A stretch of 64,000 bases of DNA from Clostridia bacterium (GCA_021202395.1 JAJQDC010000044.1:137-64136); one strand, 5' to 3'; counted from the first letter of the stretch, positions 1 through 9,616 are shown. Translations and numbers: made by a program. The notes: a model not told the origin generated them from the sequence alone.

Positions 1-2
1 AC

Positions 3-206
3 CTTGCAGGGGTATCCCCCACCTACATTTACCAGCTTGAACGCGGAGAAAAGTGCCCCACCGTAGAATATTTAAACCACATCTGCTGGGGGCTTGGCGT
101 TACGCTTGCAGAATTCTTTTCTGAAGAAGCCGAACCAAACGACAAACTTTCGTACCTTACCGCCGAACAGCGCAAAAAGCTCAACGACTTTTTAAACAGC
201 TTATAA
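3..206 (+). CDS. XRE-family helix-turn-helix regulator, 3' fragment (5' end lies outside the window)
   Basis: Frame 3 reads ...LAGVSPTYIYQLERGEKCPTVEYLNHICWGLGVTLAEFF...LNDFLNSL*. This is the classic Cro/C1 HTH pattern. Stop TAA at 204-206. Confidence 0.6.
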   Translation, partial: LAGVSPTYIYQLERGEKCPTVEYLNHICWGLGVTLAEFFSEEAEPNDKLSYLTAEQRKKLNDFLNSL

Positions 207-219
207 TTAAAGGAGTTTT

Positions 220-708
220 ATGGTAAAAGTATTCCCCCTGCGCGATACGTACGCAGAAAAATTCAAAGACATGTTTATGGTGTATTACCTTGAATTAGGC
301 TGTGAAGAAAACGGCGCCCACCTTGCAGAAGAGTATGTTATACCCGATATGCTTGCAGGGCTTTTAAGGGTAGACATTATTGAAGAAGACGGCAACATCT
401 GCGGCTTTTGCATTTACCAGACAGACAGTAAAGAAAACGAATGGAACTTTAAAGAAGGCTTTGGCGACATACGTGAAATTTATATAGAGAGCGACTGCCG
501 CAAAAAAGGTCTTGGCAAATTTATTTTATACACCGCAGAAATGAAGCTGAAAGAATCGGGCGTAAAAGAAATTTATACCCTTGCCGACGGCGACGCCGCA
601 GGCTTTTTTGCCGCATGCGGCTACGAGCTTACAAGCGAAGAATGCGAAGAGCTTGACTGCAACGTATATTTAAAAACTGCTTCTGCCTGCGGCTGCAGCT
701 GCAAATAA
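220..708 (+). CDS. GNAT-family N-acetyltransferase
   Basis: 162-aa ORF with RBS aaaggag upstream. Motif-A-like acetyl-CoA binding segment RKKGLGKFIL (R/Q-x-x-G-x-G/A). Confidence 0.7.
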   Translation: MVKVFPLRDTYAEKFKDMFMVYYLELGCEENGAHLAEEYVIPDMLAGLLRVDIIEEDGNICGFCIYQTDSKENEWNFKEGFGDIREIYIESDCRKKGLGKFILYTAEMKLKESGVKEIYTLADGDAAGFFAACGYELTSEECEELDCNVYLKTASACGCSCK

Positions 709-731
709 AAATTCAATACCCCCGCCACCCG

Positions 732-762
732 CACCGTGCCACAAAAAGCACGGTGTTTTTTT
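732..762 (+). terminator. Rho-independent terminator after the GNAT gene
   Basis: Stem caccgtgc (732-739) pairs with gcacggtg (748-755), followed by a run of seven T. Confidence 0.6.
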
Positions 763-885
763 AGTTTATTTACACAAAAATTTGCTTTTGCTATTGCAAT
801 TTTTGAAATATTATGTTATACTCAGCTTGATATTAAAATTAGAATATATTTTAGTTTATTTGGTAACTGAATTAAAGGTGAATCT

Positions 886-1578
886 ATGAAAGAAAATAAA
901 GCAACAATAAGGCACACCAGACTGGTAAACCGCATACTGTTTGCGTCTGCAAAATGCTTTCTGGCGCAAGGCTACACGGGAACAACCATAAAAGATATAT
1001 CCGCCGCTTCTCAGCTGAGCGTGGGTTCTGTAACCAACATTTACGGCTCTAAAGAAGGTATCTTATGCGGGCTGGTAAACTTTGTGTTAGAGAGCCAGAC
1101 TGCCGCCGCAGAACGGCTGTTAAACGGCATTACCGACGACTTTGTTATACAGTTTGCGGTAGAAACCACGCTGCAGCTGTATATAGTAGATTCTGACAGA
1201 CATCTATGCGAGCTGTACTCTTGTGCATACTCGCTGCCCGATACGTCAGAAATATTGAGAAGGAACATAGCCGATAAATTAGAAAAGTTTTTAAAGGACA
1301 GATTCCCAAATTACGAAAAGAAAGATTACTATAAACTGGCGATGGCGGTAAGCGGCATACGGCGCAGTTACATTACCGTACCCTGCGATATGTGGTTTAC
1401 TATAGAAGAAAAGGCTAAGTCTTATATAGAAAACTGCCTGCTTGTCTGCCGTATCCCGCAGGAAGAGATAGACAAGACCGTTGAATTTGTTAAGCAGTTT
1501 GACTTTGTAAAAACGGCTGAAGAGACGGTTGGATATATGCTTAAGTATCTGGAAGAAAAGCAAAAAGAACTGTTGTAA
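886..1578 (+). CDS. TetR/AcrR-family transcriptional regulator
   Basis: 230 aa. N-terminal HTH TGTTIKDISAASQLSVGSVTNIYGSKEGIL matches the TetR DNA-binding signature. RBS aaaggtg. Confidence 0.8.
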   Translation: MKENKATIRHTRLVNRILFASAKCFLAQGYTGTTIKDISAASQLSVGSVTNIYGSKEGILCGLVNFVLESQTAAAERLLNGITDDFVIQFAVETTLQLYIVDSDRHLCELYSCAYSLPDTSEILRRNIADKLEKFLKDRFPNYEKKDYYKLAMAVSGIRRSYITVPCDMWFTIEEKAKSYIENCLLVCRIPQEEIDKTVEFVKQFDFVKTAEETVGYMLKYLEEKQKELL

Positions 1579-1646
1579 ATGGGGCAGGTTTGTTTTAATA
1601 AGGCGAAAGGGATTGTAACTATTGTTTACACAGGTATAAAAGAAAT

Positions 1647-2025
1647 AAACCCTTCCCCCACTACGTGGTCCCCCTTCCCTAATAAGGACGGCAAGGGGTG
1701 GTATTGTACAAGTTGCTCTAACTATTAGGAGATCTCTCCACGCGTTCACTAACGCTCACTTGGTCGAGATGACAACTCTACGAGCTGTACAGCCCCGCGG
1801 GCTGTCATTTCGAGCAAGCGTAGCGCGTCGAGAAATCTCCTACCCTTCTGCGCTTTGTTTTCGTGCAACGCAGGTTGCAATGCTTATTACCGCACTATAA
1901 TAACATTATTATTTTTAAACAACTTGTGTGCCGACGTAGTTGGTCGTTCGCGAGCCGCGGCTCGATGCCGCTCCCGCGGGATCCTTCGACTACGCTCAGG
2001 ATGACGGCCATAATGCGGTCGGCTT
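1647..2025. repeat. Cluster of short hairpin-forming intergenic repeat modules (REP/MITE-like)
   Basis: Contains three modules that recur elsewhere in the window. (1) cccttcccccactacgtggtcccccttccctaataaggacggcaag. (2) tcgagatgaca...ctgtacagccccgcgggctgtcatttcgag...gagaaatct. (3) gatccttcgactacgctcaggatgac. Copies are seen near 6600, 17860, 29078, 61405 and 63661. Confidence 0.6.
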
Positions 2026-2031
2026 ACAATA

Positions 2032-2040
2032 TGGTATAAT
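2032..2040 (+). promoter_or_regulatory. Possible extended -10 promoter element for the repeat-protein gene
   Basis: TGgTATAAT lies 69 nt upstream of the GTG start at 2109. No good -35 was seen. Confidence 0.3.
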
Positions 2041-2108
2041 CTTATTAAACCCACTACACACAAAAAAATATTACAGCAACTGACGGCGGCAGCCGAAGGA
2101 GGTGAAAG

Positions 2109-5100
2109 GTGCATACAGGGCAAGACGAATACAACGATATTACCCTTACCAACGACAACCAGCCGACAAACGGCACCGCATACAGCTTTAATACCGCCGA
2201 AGTTGAACAGTCCGTTGCAGAAACAAGCCAGACCGAAGAAACTTCTGACAGCCGCACCCACACCAAAGGCAAAGTTGTAAGCAAAGCGGTAAGCAACATT
2301 ATAACGCTTACGGGCGTGATTGTGGTTGCCACCGCCACGGGCGTTGCCGTAGCCGCCGAACTCAGCGAAGATGAACCCGACCTGCCGGTGGAAATAACCG
2401 CTCCGCTTGCAGAAATTTCTCAGGTAGAAACACTGTACTACGGCTACAATACGGAAGTTACTATACAATACACCATTACCGATACCGACAGCGAAATTGC
2501 AGAATATTATCTTTGGATAGAAGATAGTAACGGGTTAACGGCTGACTGCACAGTAGACAGTACAAGCGGAACGGCGACCGCAACCGTTACAGATTTAGAC
2601 ATAGATAACGGTCTTACATTGGTAGTTTACGCTTACAGCAATCTCGGCTGGTATGGCGAAATTTACAGAAATGAAATCACATTGCCGACAGCTTCCACCG
2701 TTACATTATTGGATATTAGCACCGACGGAGCCTACTACGAAGGCGAAGACAGCTTATACTACATAACGTTTGGCTATGACGGCGATACCACCGACATTGC
2801 AAGCTACTCCTACTACTTTGAAGACGAAGACGGCAACATATACCCCTGCGAAGACGACGGCGAAGGCAGAGCGGTTATCACTTTTACCGCCGACACTACC
2901 CCCGCTTTTGACGCATACGGGCAGCTCTACTTTGTAGCCACCGCACTCACCAACGGCGGCTGGGAAGGCGAAATTTACAGAGATAAAATTGTTATCAACC
3001 CGCCCGCTCCTGCGGCTACGGTATCTGACGTGGCTGTAACGTACTACGGCTACGACACCGATTTGACGTTGAGCTACACCCTTACCGATTCTGACAGCGA
3101 AATTGCGGAATATTATCTTTGGATCGAAGATAGTACGGGGTTAACGGCTGACTGCACGGTAGACAGCGAAAACGGAACGGCTACCGCCACTGTTGCAGAT
3201 TTAGATACAGAAAACGGCTTAACTTTGGTAGTATATGCCTACAGCAATCTTGGCTGGTACGGCGAAATTTACAGAGACAGCATAACGCTGCCGACGGCTT
3301 CCACCGTTACCTTATTGGATATAAGCACGGACGGCGCCTACTACGAAGGCGAAGATAGCTTATATTACGTAACGTTTGCCTACGACGGCGATACGACGGA
3401 CATAACGTCGTACACCTACTACTTTGAAGACGAAGACGGCACTATATTCCCCTGCGAAGACGACGGCGAAGGCAGGGCGGTAATCACCTTTACTGCCGAC
3501 ACGGTACCAGCTTTTGACACATACGGGCAGCTCTACTTTGTTGCCACCGCGCTCACCACCGGCGGCTGGGAGGGTGAAATTTACAGAGATAAAATAGTTA
3601 TCAACCCGCCCGCTCCTGCGGCTACGGTATCTGACGTGGCTGTAACATACTACGGTTACGACACCGATTTGACGCTGAGCTTTACATTGACAGATACCGA
3701 CAGCGAAATTGCGGAATATTACCTTTGGATCGAAGATAATACGGGGTTAACGGCTGACTGCACGGTAGACAGCTCAAGCGGAACGGCTACCGCCACTGTT
3801 ACAGATTTAGACACCACAAACGGTTTAACTTTGGTAGTTTACGCTTACAGCAACCTTGGTTGGTACGGCGAAATTTACAGAGACAGCATAACGCTGCCGA
3901 CAGCTTCCACCGTTACCTTATTGGATGTTATGACCGATGGCGCTTACTACGAAGGCGAAGATAGTCTTTACTATATCACTTTCGACTATGACGGCGATAC
4001 GACGGACATAACGTCGTACACCTACTACTTTGAAGACGAAGACGGCACTATATTCCCCTGCGAAGACGACGGCGAAGGCAGGGCGGTAATCACCTTTACT
4101 GCCGACACGGTACCAGCTTTTGACACATACGGGCAGCTCTACTTTGTTGCCACCGCGCTCACCACCGGCGGCTGGGAGGGTGAAATTTACAGAGATAAAA
4201 TAGTTATCAACCCGCCCGCTCCTGCGGCTACGGTATCTGACGTGGCTGTAACATACTACGGTTACGACACCGATTTGACGCTGAGCTTTACATTGACAGA
4301 TACCGACAGCGAAATTGCGGAATATTACCTTTGGATCGAAGATAATACGGGGTTAACGGCTGACTGCACGGTAGACAGCTCAAGCGGAACGGCTACCGCC
4401 ACTGTTACAGATTTAGACACCACAAACGGTTTAACTTTGGTAGTTTACGCTTACAGCAACCTTGGTTGGTACGGCGAAATTTACAGAGACAGCATAACGC
4501 TGCCGACAGCTTCCACCGTTACCTTATTGGATGTTATGACCGATGGCGCTTACTACGAAGGCGAAGATAGTCTTTACTATATCACTTTCGACTATGACGG
4601 CGATACGACTGATATAGCGTCGTACAGCTACTACTTTGAAGACGAAGACGGCACTATATTCCCCTGCGAAGACGACGGCGACGGCAGGGCGGTAATAACT
4701 TTTACTGCCGACACCGTACCTGCTTTTGACACATACGGTCAGCTGTACTTTGTTGCCACAGCACTCACCACCAGCGGCTGGGAAGGTATTATTTATAAGG
4801 AAAAGATTGTGATTGCCACCGACGGCTACTCCGAAATGCCGTATGTAACGCTTGTGTATATGCCGTATATAGACGATAACGGCTTAATGTACATATACCC
4901 TGAAATTACCGTCTACGACCCCGACGGCATATGGACGGCTCTCACGTTGACCGTTACCGACGCAGGCGGGCAAGAATACACGGTTGACCTTATAAATAAC
5001 GAAGATGTCGGCTATGAAATGGACGATTATGACAACACCATCTATTACGTTACGATAGAGGGCGGCACAACATTTTCTATAGCCGAAGACGGCACGGTAA

Positions 5101-5210
5101 GCGTACAGATTACCGCAACATGGCATGAACCCGACGGCAACGGCGGCTACAACGATTATGTAACTATTGTTTACGAAGACGCTGTACTGCTTGAAGACAT
5201 TTCGGGATAA
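2109..5210 (+). CDS. Membrane-anchored acidic tandem-repeat surface protein, function unknown
   Basis: 1033-aa ORF with a GTG start 4 nt after a GGAGGTG RBS. It has a polar N-terminus and one hydrophobic helix (IITLTGVIVVATATGVAVAA). Four ~202-aa D/E/T/Y-rich repeats and a unique C-terminal domain follow. No family recognised. Confidence 0.75.
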   Translation: MHTGQDEYNDITLTNDNQPTNGTAYSFNTAEVEQSVAETSQTEETSDSRTHTKGKVVSKAVSNIITLTGVIVVATATGVAVAAELSEDEPDLPVEITAPLAEISQVETLYYGYNTEVTIQYTITDTDSEIAEYYLWIEDSNGLTADCTVDSTSGTATATVTDLDIDNGLTLVVYAYSNLGWYGEIYRNEITLPTASTVTLLDISTDGAYYEGEDSLYYITFGYDGDTTDIASYSYYFEDEDGNIYPCEDDGEGRAVITFTADTTPAFDAYGQLYFVATALTNGGWEGEIYRDKIVINPPAPAATVSDVAVTYYGYDTDLTLSYTLTDSDSEIAEYYLWIEDSTGLTADCTVDSENGTATATVADLDTENGLTLVVYAYSNLGWYGEIYRDSITLPTASTVTLLDISTDGAYYEGEDSLYYVTFAYDGDTTDITSYTYYFEDEDGTIFPCEDDGEGRAVITFTADTVPAFDTYGQLYFVATALTTGGWEGEIYRDKIVINPPAPAATVSDVAVTYYGYDTDLTLSFTLTDTDSEIAEYYLWIEDNTGLTADCTVDSSSGTATATVTDLDTTNGLTLVVYAYSNLGWYGEIYRDSITLPTASTVTLLDVMTDGAYYEGEDSLYYITFDYDGDTTDITSYTYYFEDEDGTIFPCEDDGEGRAVITFTADTVPAFDTYGQLYFVATALTTGGWEGEIYRDKIVINPPAPAATVSDVAVTYYGYDTDLTLSFTLTDTDSEIAEYYLWIEDNTGLTADCTVDSSSGTATATVTDLDTTNGLTLVVYAYSNLGWYGEIYRDSITLPTASTVTLLDVMTDGAYYEGEDSLYYITFDYDGDTTDIASYSYYFEDEDGTIFPCEDDGDGRAVITFTADTVPAFDTYGQLYFVATALTTSGWEGIIYKEKIVIATDGYSEMPYVTLVYMPYIDDNGLMYIYPEITVYDPDGIWTALTLTVTDAGGQEYTVDLINNEDVGYEMDDYDNTIYYVTIEGGTTFSIAEDGTVSVQITATWHEPDGNGGYNDYVTIVYEDAVLLEDISG
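2389..4812 (+). repeat. Four in-frame tandem repeats of 606 bp inside the 1033-aa gene
   Basis: The string tcaacccgcc recurs at 2995, 3601 and 4207, giving a 606-bp period. Units 3 and 4 are identical over roughly 400 bp. The second half of unit 2 is identical to that of unit 3. Unit 1 is diverged. Confidence 0.85.
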
Positions 5211-5240
5211 AATAAAACTCTGTTTAAAAGGAGAAGTAAA

Positions 5241-6287
5241 ATGACAAGCAAAACTAAAGCCCAATTAAATCTGGCAATAAAAATTATTGTATGCGTTTTG
5301 GTAATAGCGGCTGTGGTAACAATTTTTGTGTTTGCCGACAACCTGTACGGCACCGACAATCTGTTTGAACAATGGATAATAGACCACTCCATTACAAACT
5401 CTACCGCGCAGTGGTTTATAAGGGCGGTACCCAACCTTTTAAAATCTTTTCAGATTATAGCCATCTGCTTTTTGGGTTATAAAGCCATAGTGTATGTACT
5501 TACCAGATGCTTTTCTAAAAACAACCATATAATAACTATAATAAAGCTTTTGGCAAACTTTTTTAAATACCTTCTGGCGATAGTAGCTATACTTATGGTA
5601 TTGAGCGCATGGGGCGTTGATACAGCCGCACTGCTGGTAAGCGCCGGGATATTGGCTTTGGTAATAAGCCTTGGTGCACAGAGCCTTATTGCAGATATTA
5701 TTGCAGGTATGTTTATTGTGTTCGACGGTTCGTATAAAGTGGGCGATATAATCGTTATAGACGGCTGGCGCGGTACTGTTACAGAAATTGGTATACGCAC
5801 AACAAAGATTATAGACGCAGGCGGCAATATAAAGATTGTAAACAACAGCAGCATTGTTACCGTGATTAACCAGACAAAGGAACTGTCTTTGGCAAAGTGC
5901 ACCATGTGCATAGGGTACGGCGAATCGCTTGAACGTGTAGAAGTTATTATAAGCGAAAATCTAGCTAAGATAAAAGAAAACATACCCGCCATTACCGACG
6001 GACCGTTTTACAAGGGCGTAACTGCACTTTCAGCTTCTTCGGTAGACCTGCTGTTTGTTGCCAACTGCAAAGAAGACGACATTTATCAGGTACAGCGCGA
6101 TATGAACAGACAGTTTAAATTGCTGTTTGATAAAAACGGCATTACCATACCCTTCACGCAGATAGTCGTGAACCCGCCCGATGAATACCAGGCGGAACCC
6201 ACCGTACATACCGAAGAAAAGGCTTCTGCCTTTGTAGAAGAGCAAAAAGAAGCGTCTGCCGGTCTGGAAGAAAACAACAACGGATAA
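5241..6287 (+). CDS. Small-conductance mechanosensitive channel (MscS family)
   Basis: 348 aa. N-terminal TM helices are followed by the MscS pore/beta-domain signature LGAQSLIADIIAGMFIVFDGSYKVGDIIVIDGWRGTVTEIGIRTTKI. RBS aaaaggag. Confidence 0.85.
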   Translation: MTSKTKAQLNLAIKIIVCVLVIAAVVTIFVFADNLYGTDNLFEQWIIDHSITNSTAQWFIRAVPNLLKSFQIIAICFLGYKAIVYVLTRCFSKNNHIITIIKLLANFFKYLLAIVAILMVLSAWGVDTAALLVSAGILALVISLGAQSLIADIIAGMFIVFDGSYKVGDIIVIDGWRGTVTEIGIRTTKIIDAGGNIKIVNNSSIVTVINQTKELSLAKCTMCIGYGESLERVEVIISENLAKIKENIPAITDGPFYKGVTALSASSVDLLFVANCKEDDIYQVQRDMNRQFKLLFDKNGITIPFTQIVVNPPDEYQAEPTVHTEEKASAFVEEQKEASAGLEENNNG

Positions 6288-6430
6288 TGTTGTAATTATC
6301 ATTATAACAACAGCAATAAATATAAGACATTAAACGTAGTTAAAAGACGAAAATCGCTACGTCTGGCGATGTAAAATGGCAACTTTATAGCAATTATTGT
6401 TGTAACTATTATTACAACAACAAGCAATTA

Positions 6431-6462
6431 ACCCCTGCAAATCACACCCGCAGGGGTTTTGT
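6431..6462 (+). terminator. Rho-independent terminator after the MscS gene
   Basis: Stem cccctgc (6432-6438) pairs with gcagggg (6450-6456), followed by ttttgtatt. Confidence 0.6.
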
Positions 6463-6479
6463 ATTGGCTGTACCTTAGT

Positions 6480-6720
6480 AGTTGCGTAGTCCCGCTCTTG
6501 GCTCTTTACTTGTCATTGCGAGCGTAGCGTGGTAATCGTAGTATGGTTGTCGTACCACTTTTATACGATTCTTCGCTTTCGCTCCGAATGACAAGCGGCA
6601 TACCGCCTGTACAGCCCCACAGGGCTGTCATTTCGAGCGAAGCCTTAGGCGCAGTCGAGAAATCTCCTACCCTTCCACTCTTCGCTGCCGTGCAACGTAA
6701 GTTGCAGATGCTTACCACCG
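6480..6720. repeat. Intergenic hairpin repeat modules
   Basis: Contains gtcattgcgagcgtagcg... and cctgtacagccccacagggctgtcatttcgagcgaag...gtcgagaaatctcctaccc. These are the same families as at 1765 and 17860. Confidence 0.55.
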
Positions 6721-6789
6721 CTTTAATAAAAATTAAAAACCAACAATCATATTATAGACAAAACGGATATTTTGTGGTAAAATACGGAT

Positions 6790-7515
6790 ATGAACAATAT
6801 TGTGTACGCAGGTTGCGGAGAGAATAAAATAAAAGAACTGTCTGCCACGCGCAAGTATTGGCAGGTAACTGTCTGCCACGGCAGCGGTGAAATTACTTAC
6901 GCAAAAGGCAGCGTGCGCCACTGCAGCGGGGATATAGCCGTAATACCGCCCCTTACCGCTTACGAACATAAGGGCAACGGCAACGGTTTACACGCCTTTC
7001 TGGAGTGGACGGCTCTGCCCTTCAAAAACCCGTCTACGGTAAAAGACGATATAAACGGCGGCATTGCCCACGCCTTATCACAGGCTGAATACTACTTTAA
7101 ACAGGGCAACGATGCGGTGCTTGCCGCGCTGGGCGACCTTATAGTAAGCTACATAATTTCCGTGGCAAAAAGCGGCGGCTATTCGCCCGTAGTAGAGCTT
7201 GTTCGTGCCGACATCAATGCCAACCTGAGTAACGCATCTTATGCTCTTGACAGCTACATACGCACACTGCCGCTGAACTACGACTACGTGCGCAAGCTGT
7301 TCAAAAGTGAAGTGGGCGTAACCCCGCACGACTACCTTACGGCGACACGCATGCAGCAGGCAGCCCTTTTAATAACGGGCGGGCTGAGCAACACCTACAG
7401 CCGTTATAGCGTGGGGCAGATTGCAGAAATGTGCGGCTATGCCGAACCGCTCTACTTTTCAAGAGTATTTAAAAAGTACTACGGAGTTTCGCCGTCAGAA
7501 TACGCAAAAAAATAA
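6790..7515 (+). CDS. AraC/XylS-family transcriptional regulator
   Basis: 241 aa. C-terminal double HTH ...TPHDYLTATRMQQAALLI...SVGQIAEMCGYAEPLYFSRVFKKYYGVSPSEY, with an N-terminal cupin-like sensor region. Confidence 0.8.
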   Translation: MNNIVYAGCGENKIKELSATRKYWQVTVCHGSGEITYAKGSVRHCSGDIAVIPPLTAYEHKGNGNGLHAFLEWTALPFKNPSTVKDDINGGIAHALSQAEYYFKQGNDAVLAALGDLIVSYIISVAKSGGYSPVVELVRADINANLSNASYALDSYIRTLPLNYDYVRKLFKSEVGVTPHDYLTATRMQQAALLITGGLSNTYSRYSVGQIAEMCGYAEPLYFSRVFKKYYGVSPSEYAKK

Positions 7516-7563
7516 AATTACCCCCACACTATGCCGCAAATGACGGTATTAAGTTACTTAAAA

Positions 7564-7598
7564 AGCGGGTGCAAACACACCCGCCTTTTACTTTTTTT
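7564..7598. terminator. Bidirectional terminator between the convergent AraC and lipoprotein genes
   Basis: Stem agcgggtg pairs with cacccgc, with an A-run before it and a T-rich run (cttttactttttttaa) after it. Confidence 0.55.
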
Positions 7599-7600
7599 AA

Positions 7601-8335
7601 TTAACTTTGTTTGTACAGACCGTAAATACTGAACAAACCTATTATATACTCGCTCGCTTCTTCGTCTATCTTGTATGCCGAATAGGTATCGGAGCTGCCA
7701 TCGTAAACACCAAAAATATAAAAGCTGTTATCATAAATTATCCATTCGCTCTGCACGGTAGTGAACAAACCGTCCTTACTAACCCTGTACAGAACCGGCT
7801 GAATATCGGCGCGGTCGCCATAACTTATGGTAATTTTAATATCCTTGTATGGGTCAAAAATGCCGCCTACTCCCGTGGCATTATCAAGCTCGATATTTTT
7901 TGAAATTGCGCTTTCTAACAGTGCAGTGTTAACACCACTGTCAAGCAGAATCTGCGCAGTATCGTCGGCATATATGCCTATATAATAGTCATAGTTGGCG
8001 GTGTCGGCATAATACGCTGTTACCGCATCCAGCTCATTTTCTTTGCAGTAAGCAACGGGGTTCCACCATGACTTTTCCTTGTGCTGTGCACAGTACATTT
8101 CAAAGGGCGTCTCTTCTACCTTCCACCAATAATGGTTGTCCGTTTCAAAAGAAGCGGTATCATATTCACGATATGCAAAGCCGCTGAAATAAAGGTCATT
8201 GTAAAAGCCATTTACATACGTAGCGCCATCAATTTCAATGCTGTCGGGGTTACTATCTGAAGTGCAGCCAGGAAATATTACAGCCACGCCGACAATCATT
8301 GCCGCCACAACACAAAGTATATTTATCTTTTTCAT
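7601..8335 (-). CDS. Hypothetical lipoprotein
   Basis: Signal peptide MKKINILCVVAAMIVGVAVIFPGC with a lipobox Cys. I placed the start at ATG 8335 (aaggtg RBS 6 nt upstream) rather than the GTG at 8344. No family recognised. Confidence 0.6.
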   Translation of the reverse strand: MKKINILCVVAAMIVGVAVIFPGCTSDSNPDSIEIDGATYVNGFYNDLYFSGFAYREYDTASFETDNHYWWKVEETPFEMYCAQHKEKSWWNPVAYCKENELDAVTAYYADTANYDYYIGIYADDTAQILLDSGVNTALLESAISKNIELDNATGVGGIFDPYKDIKITISYGDRADIQPVLYRVSKDGLFTTVQSEWIIYDNSFYIFGVYDGSSDTYSAYKIDEEASEYIIGLFSIYGLYKQS

Positions 8336-8401
8336 ATATTTCACCTTGTATAAATTATACTATACAGTTAGCAATCTGTCAATCTTTAATTACAATATTA
8401 T

Positions 8402-8433
8402 AAAGTGCGGGTGCATTGCTGCACCCGCACTTT
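8402..8433 (-). terminator. Hairpin downstream of the GH105 gene (candidate terminator)
   Basis: 13-bp stem aaagtgcgggtgc pairs with gcacccgcacttt, loop attgct. The U-tract on the minus strand is weak. Confidence 0.4.
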
Positions 8434-8464
8434 ACAATGAAAAGAAAAATTTAGAATGGTCTTA

Positions 8465-9595
8465 TTAAAGCTGTTTGATTTCGGTATATGCCATAACGAA
8501 CGGACCGGTGCCCTTTGCATCGTTTTCTACCACGGGTTCAGAAATGTAGTATTCAAACGTGCCGTTGCGGCGGCGGTTGTTTTCGGGGCCGAGCCCTGCA
8601 ACAAGGCAGATACCGCCAAGGTTGAGCTTGCCGTCAGTTTCGGTTAAATACTCCATGCAGATGCCGTTGAACACACTTTCGCCAACGGCGGCGAAGTGCT
8701 TATCTACAAACCCCAGCCTTGCGCCCTTCATCATAGCGTAAGCTATCATCGCGCTGCCCGAAGTTTCTACATAGTTGCCTTCCCTTCCGCCCTGGTCTAC
8801 CACCTGGTAGAACATGTGCTTGTCTTTATCTATGTACTGTTCCAGCCCCTCTATCGTATCCTTAAAAATAGCGATAAGCTGAGCTTTAAGCCCGTCGGCG
8901 CCTTCAAAGTAAGATATAGCGTCTACCAAGCCGACGGTGTACCAGCCCACAGAGCGCAGCCAGAAGCTCTTAGAAAGGCCTGTCTCTTTATCTGCCCAGA
9001 AGGCAGTTTTGGAATAGTCCCAGCCGTGGTAGTAAAGCTTTTTCTCTTTGTCGTACATATGGTCGTAAACGCTCTTAAACTGCGCTACTATATCGGCGTA
9101 GTTCTTGCCGCCGTTAACTTCCGTTTCGTAGCGGGTGTAGAACACCTGTGCCATATAAAGCCCGTCAAGCCACACCTGGTTGGGGTAAATAAGTTTATGC
9201 CAGAAGTTACCCGTTCCCGTGCGGGGCTGCCCTTCTACCTGCTTATGAAGAAGCTCTATCGCCTTTTTATACTTTTCCTTGCCCGTCTCTTTGTAAAGGT
9301 CAAACAGCACCCTGCCTTCGTTAAGGTTATCAAGGTTGTAAGTTTCAAGGTCGTACCCGCGGATAGAACCGTCTTCAAACACGTAGTAGTCCACAAACTT
9401 GTCTATAAAGTCAAGATACTTTTTGTTGCCCGTCTGCTTGTAAATGGTATAAAGCGACGTCATCATGCAGCCGTCTATATAGTTCCAGCCGGGCTTCTTG
9501 CCCTGGCGGATATTCTCTATATTCCAGATAGGTGCTTCGGGCACGGTATCTTCTATTAGCCTGTCGATATATTTATCTATAATGCTGTAATCCAT
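8465..9595 (-). CDS. Unsaturated rhamnogalacturonyl/galacturonyl hydrolase (GH105, YteR/YesR-like)
   Basis: 376 aa with no signal peptide. GH105/GH88-type blocks are present, e.g. QVWLDGLYMAQVFY and FWLRSVGWY. It lies 21 nt downstream of GH28 in the pectin operon. RBS aaagggggga. Confidence 0.75.
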   Translation of the reverse strand: MDYSIIDKYIDRLIEDTVPEAPIWNIENIRQGKKPGWNYIDGCMMTSLYTIYKQTGNKKYLDFIDKFVDYYVFEDGSIRGYDLETYNLDNLNEGRVLFDLYKETGKEKYKKAIELLHKQVEGQPRTGTGNFWHKLIYPNQVWLDGLYMAQVFYTRYETEVNGGKNYADIVAQFKSVYDHMYDKEKKLYYHGWDYSKTAFWADKETGLSKSFWLRSVGWYTVGLVDAISYFEGADGLKAQLIAIFKDTIEGLEQYIDKDKHMFYQVVDQGGREGNYVETSGSAMIAYAMMKGARLGFVDKHFAAVGESVFNGICMEYLTETDGKLNLGGICLVAGLGPENNRRRNGTFEYYISEPVVENDAKGTGPFVMAYTEIKQL

Positions 9596-9616
9596 AAGTT
9601 TATCCCCCCTTTAAGA

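Noticed and set aside
6543-6827. 94-aa ORF in the MscS-AraC intergenic region (also 1291..1749, 17808..18065, 29164..29469, 28917..29132)
   Set aside because: Each spans repeat modules and has no RBS. These are repeat-derived spurious ORFs.
8696-9559. 287-aa plus-strand ORF
   Set aside because: It lies entirely antisense to the well-supported GH105 gene. It has no RBS and a low-complexity, V/F/K-rich composition typical of mirror-frame ORFs.
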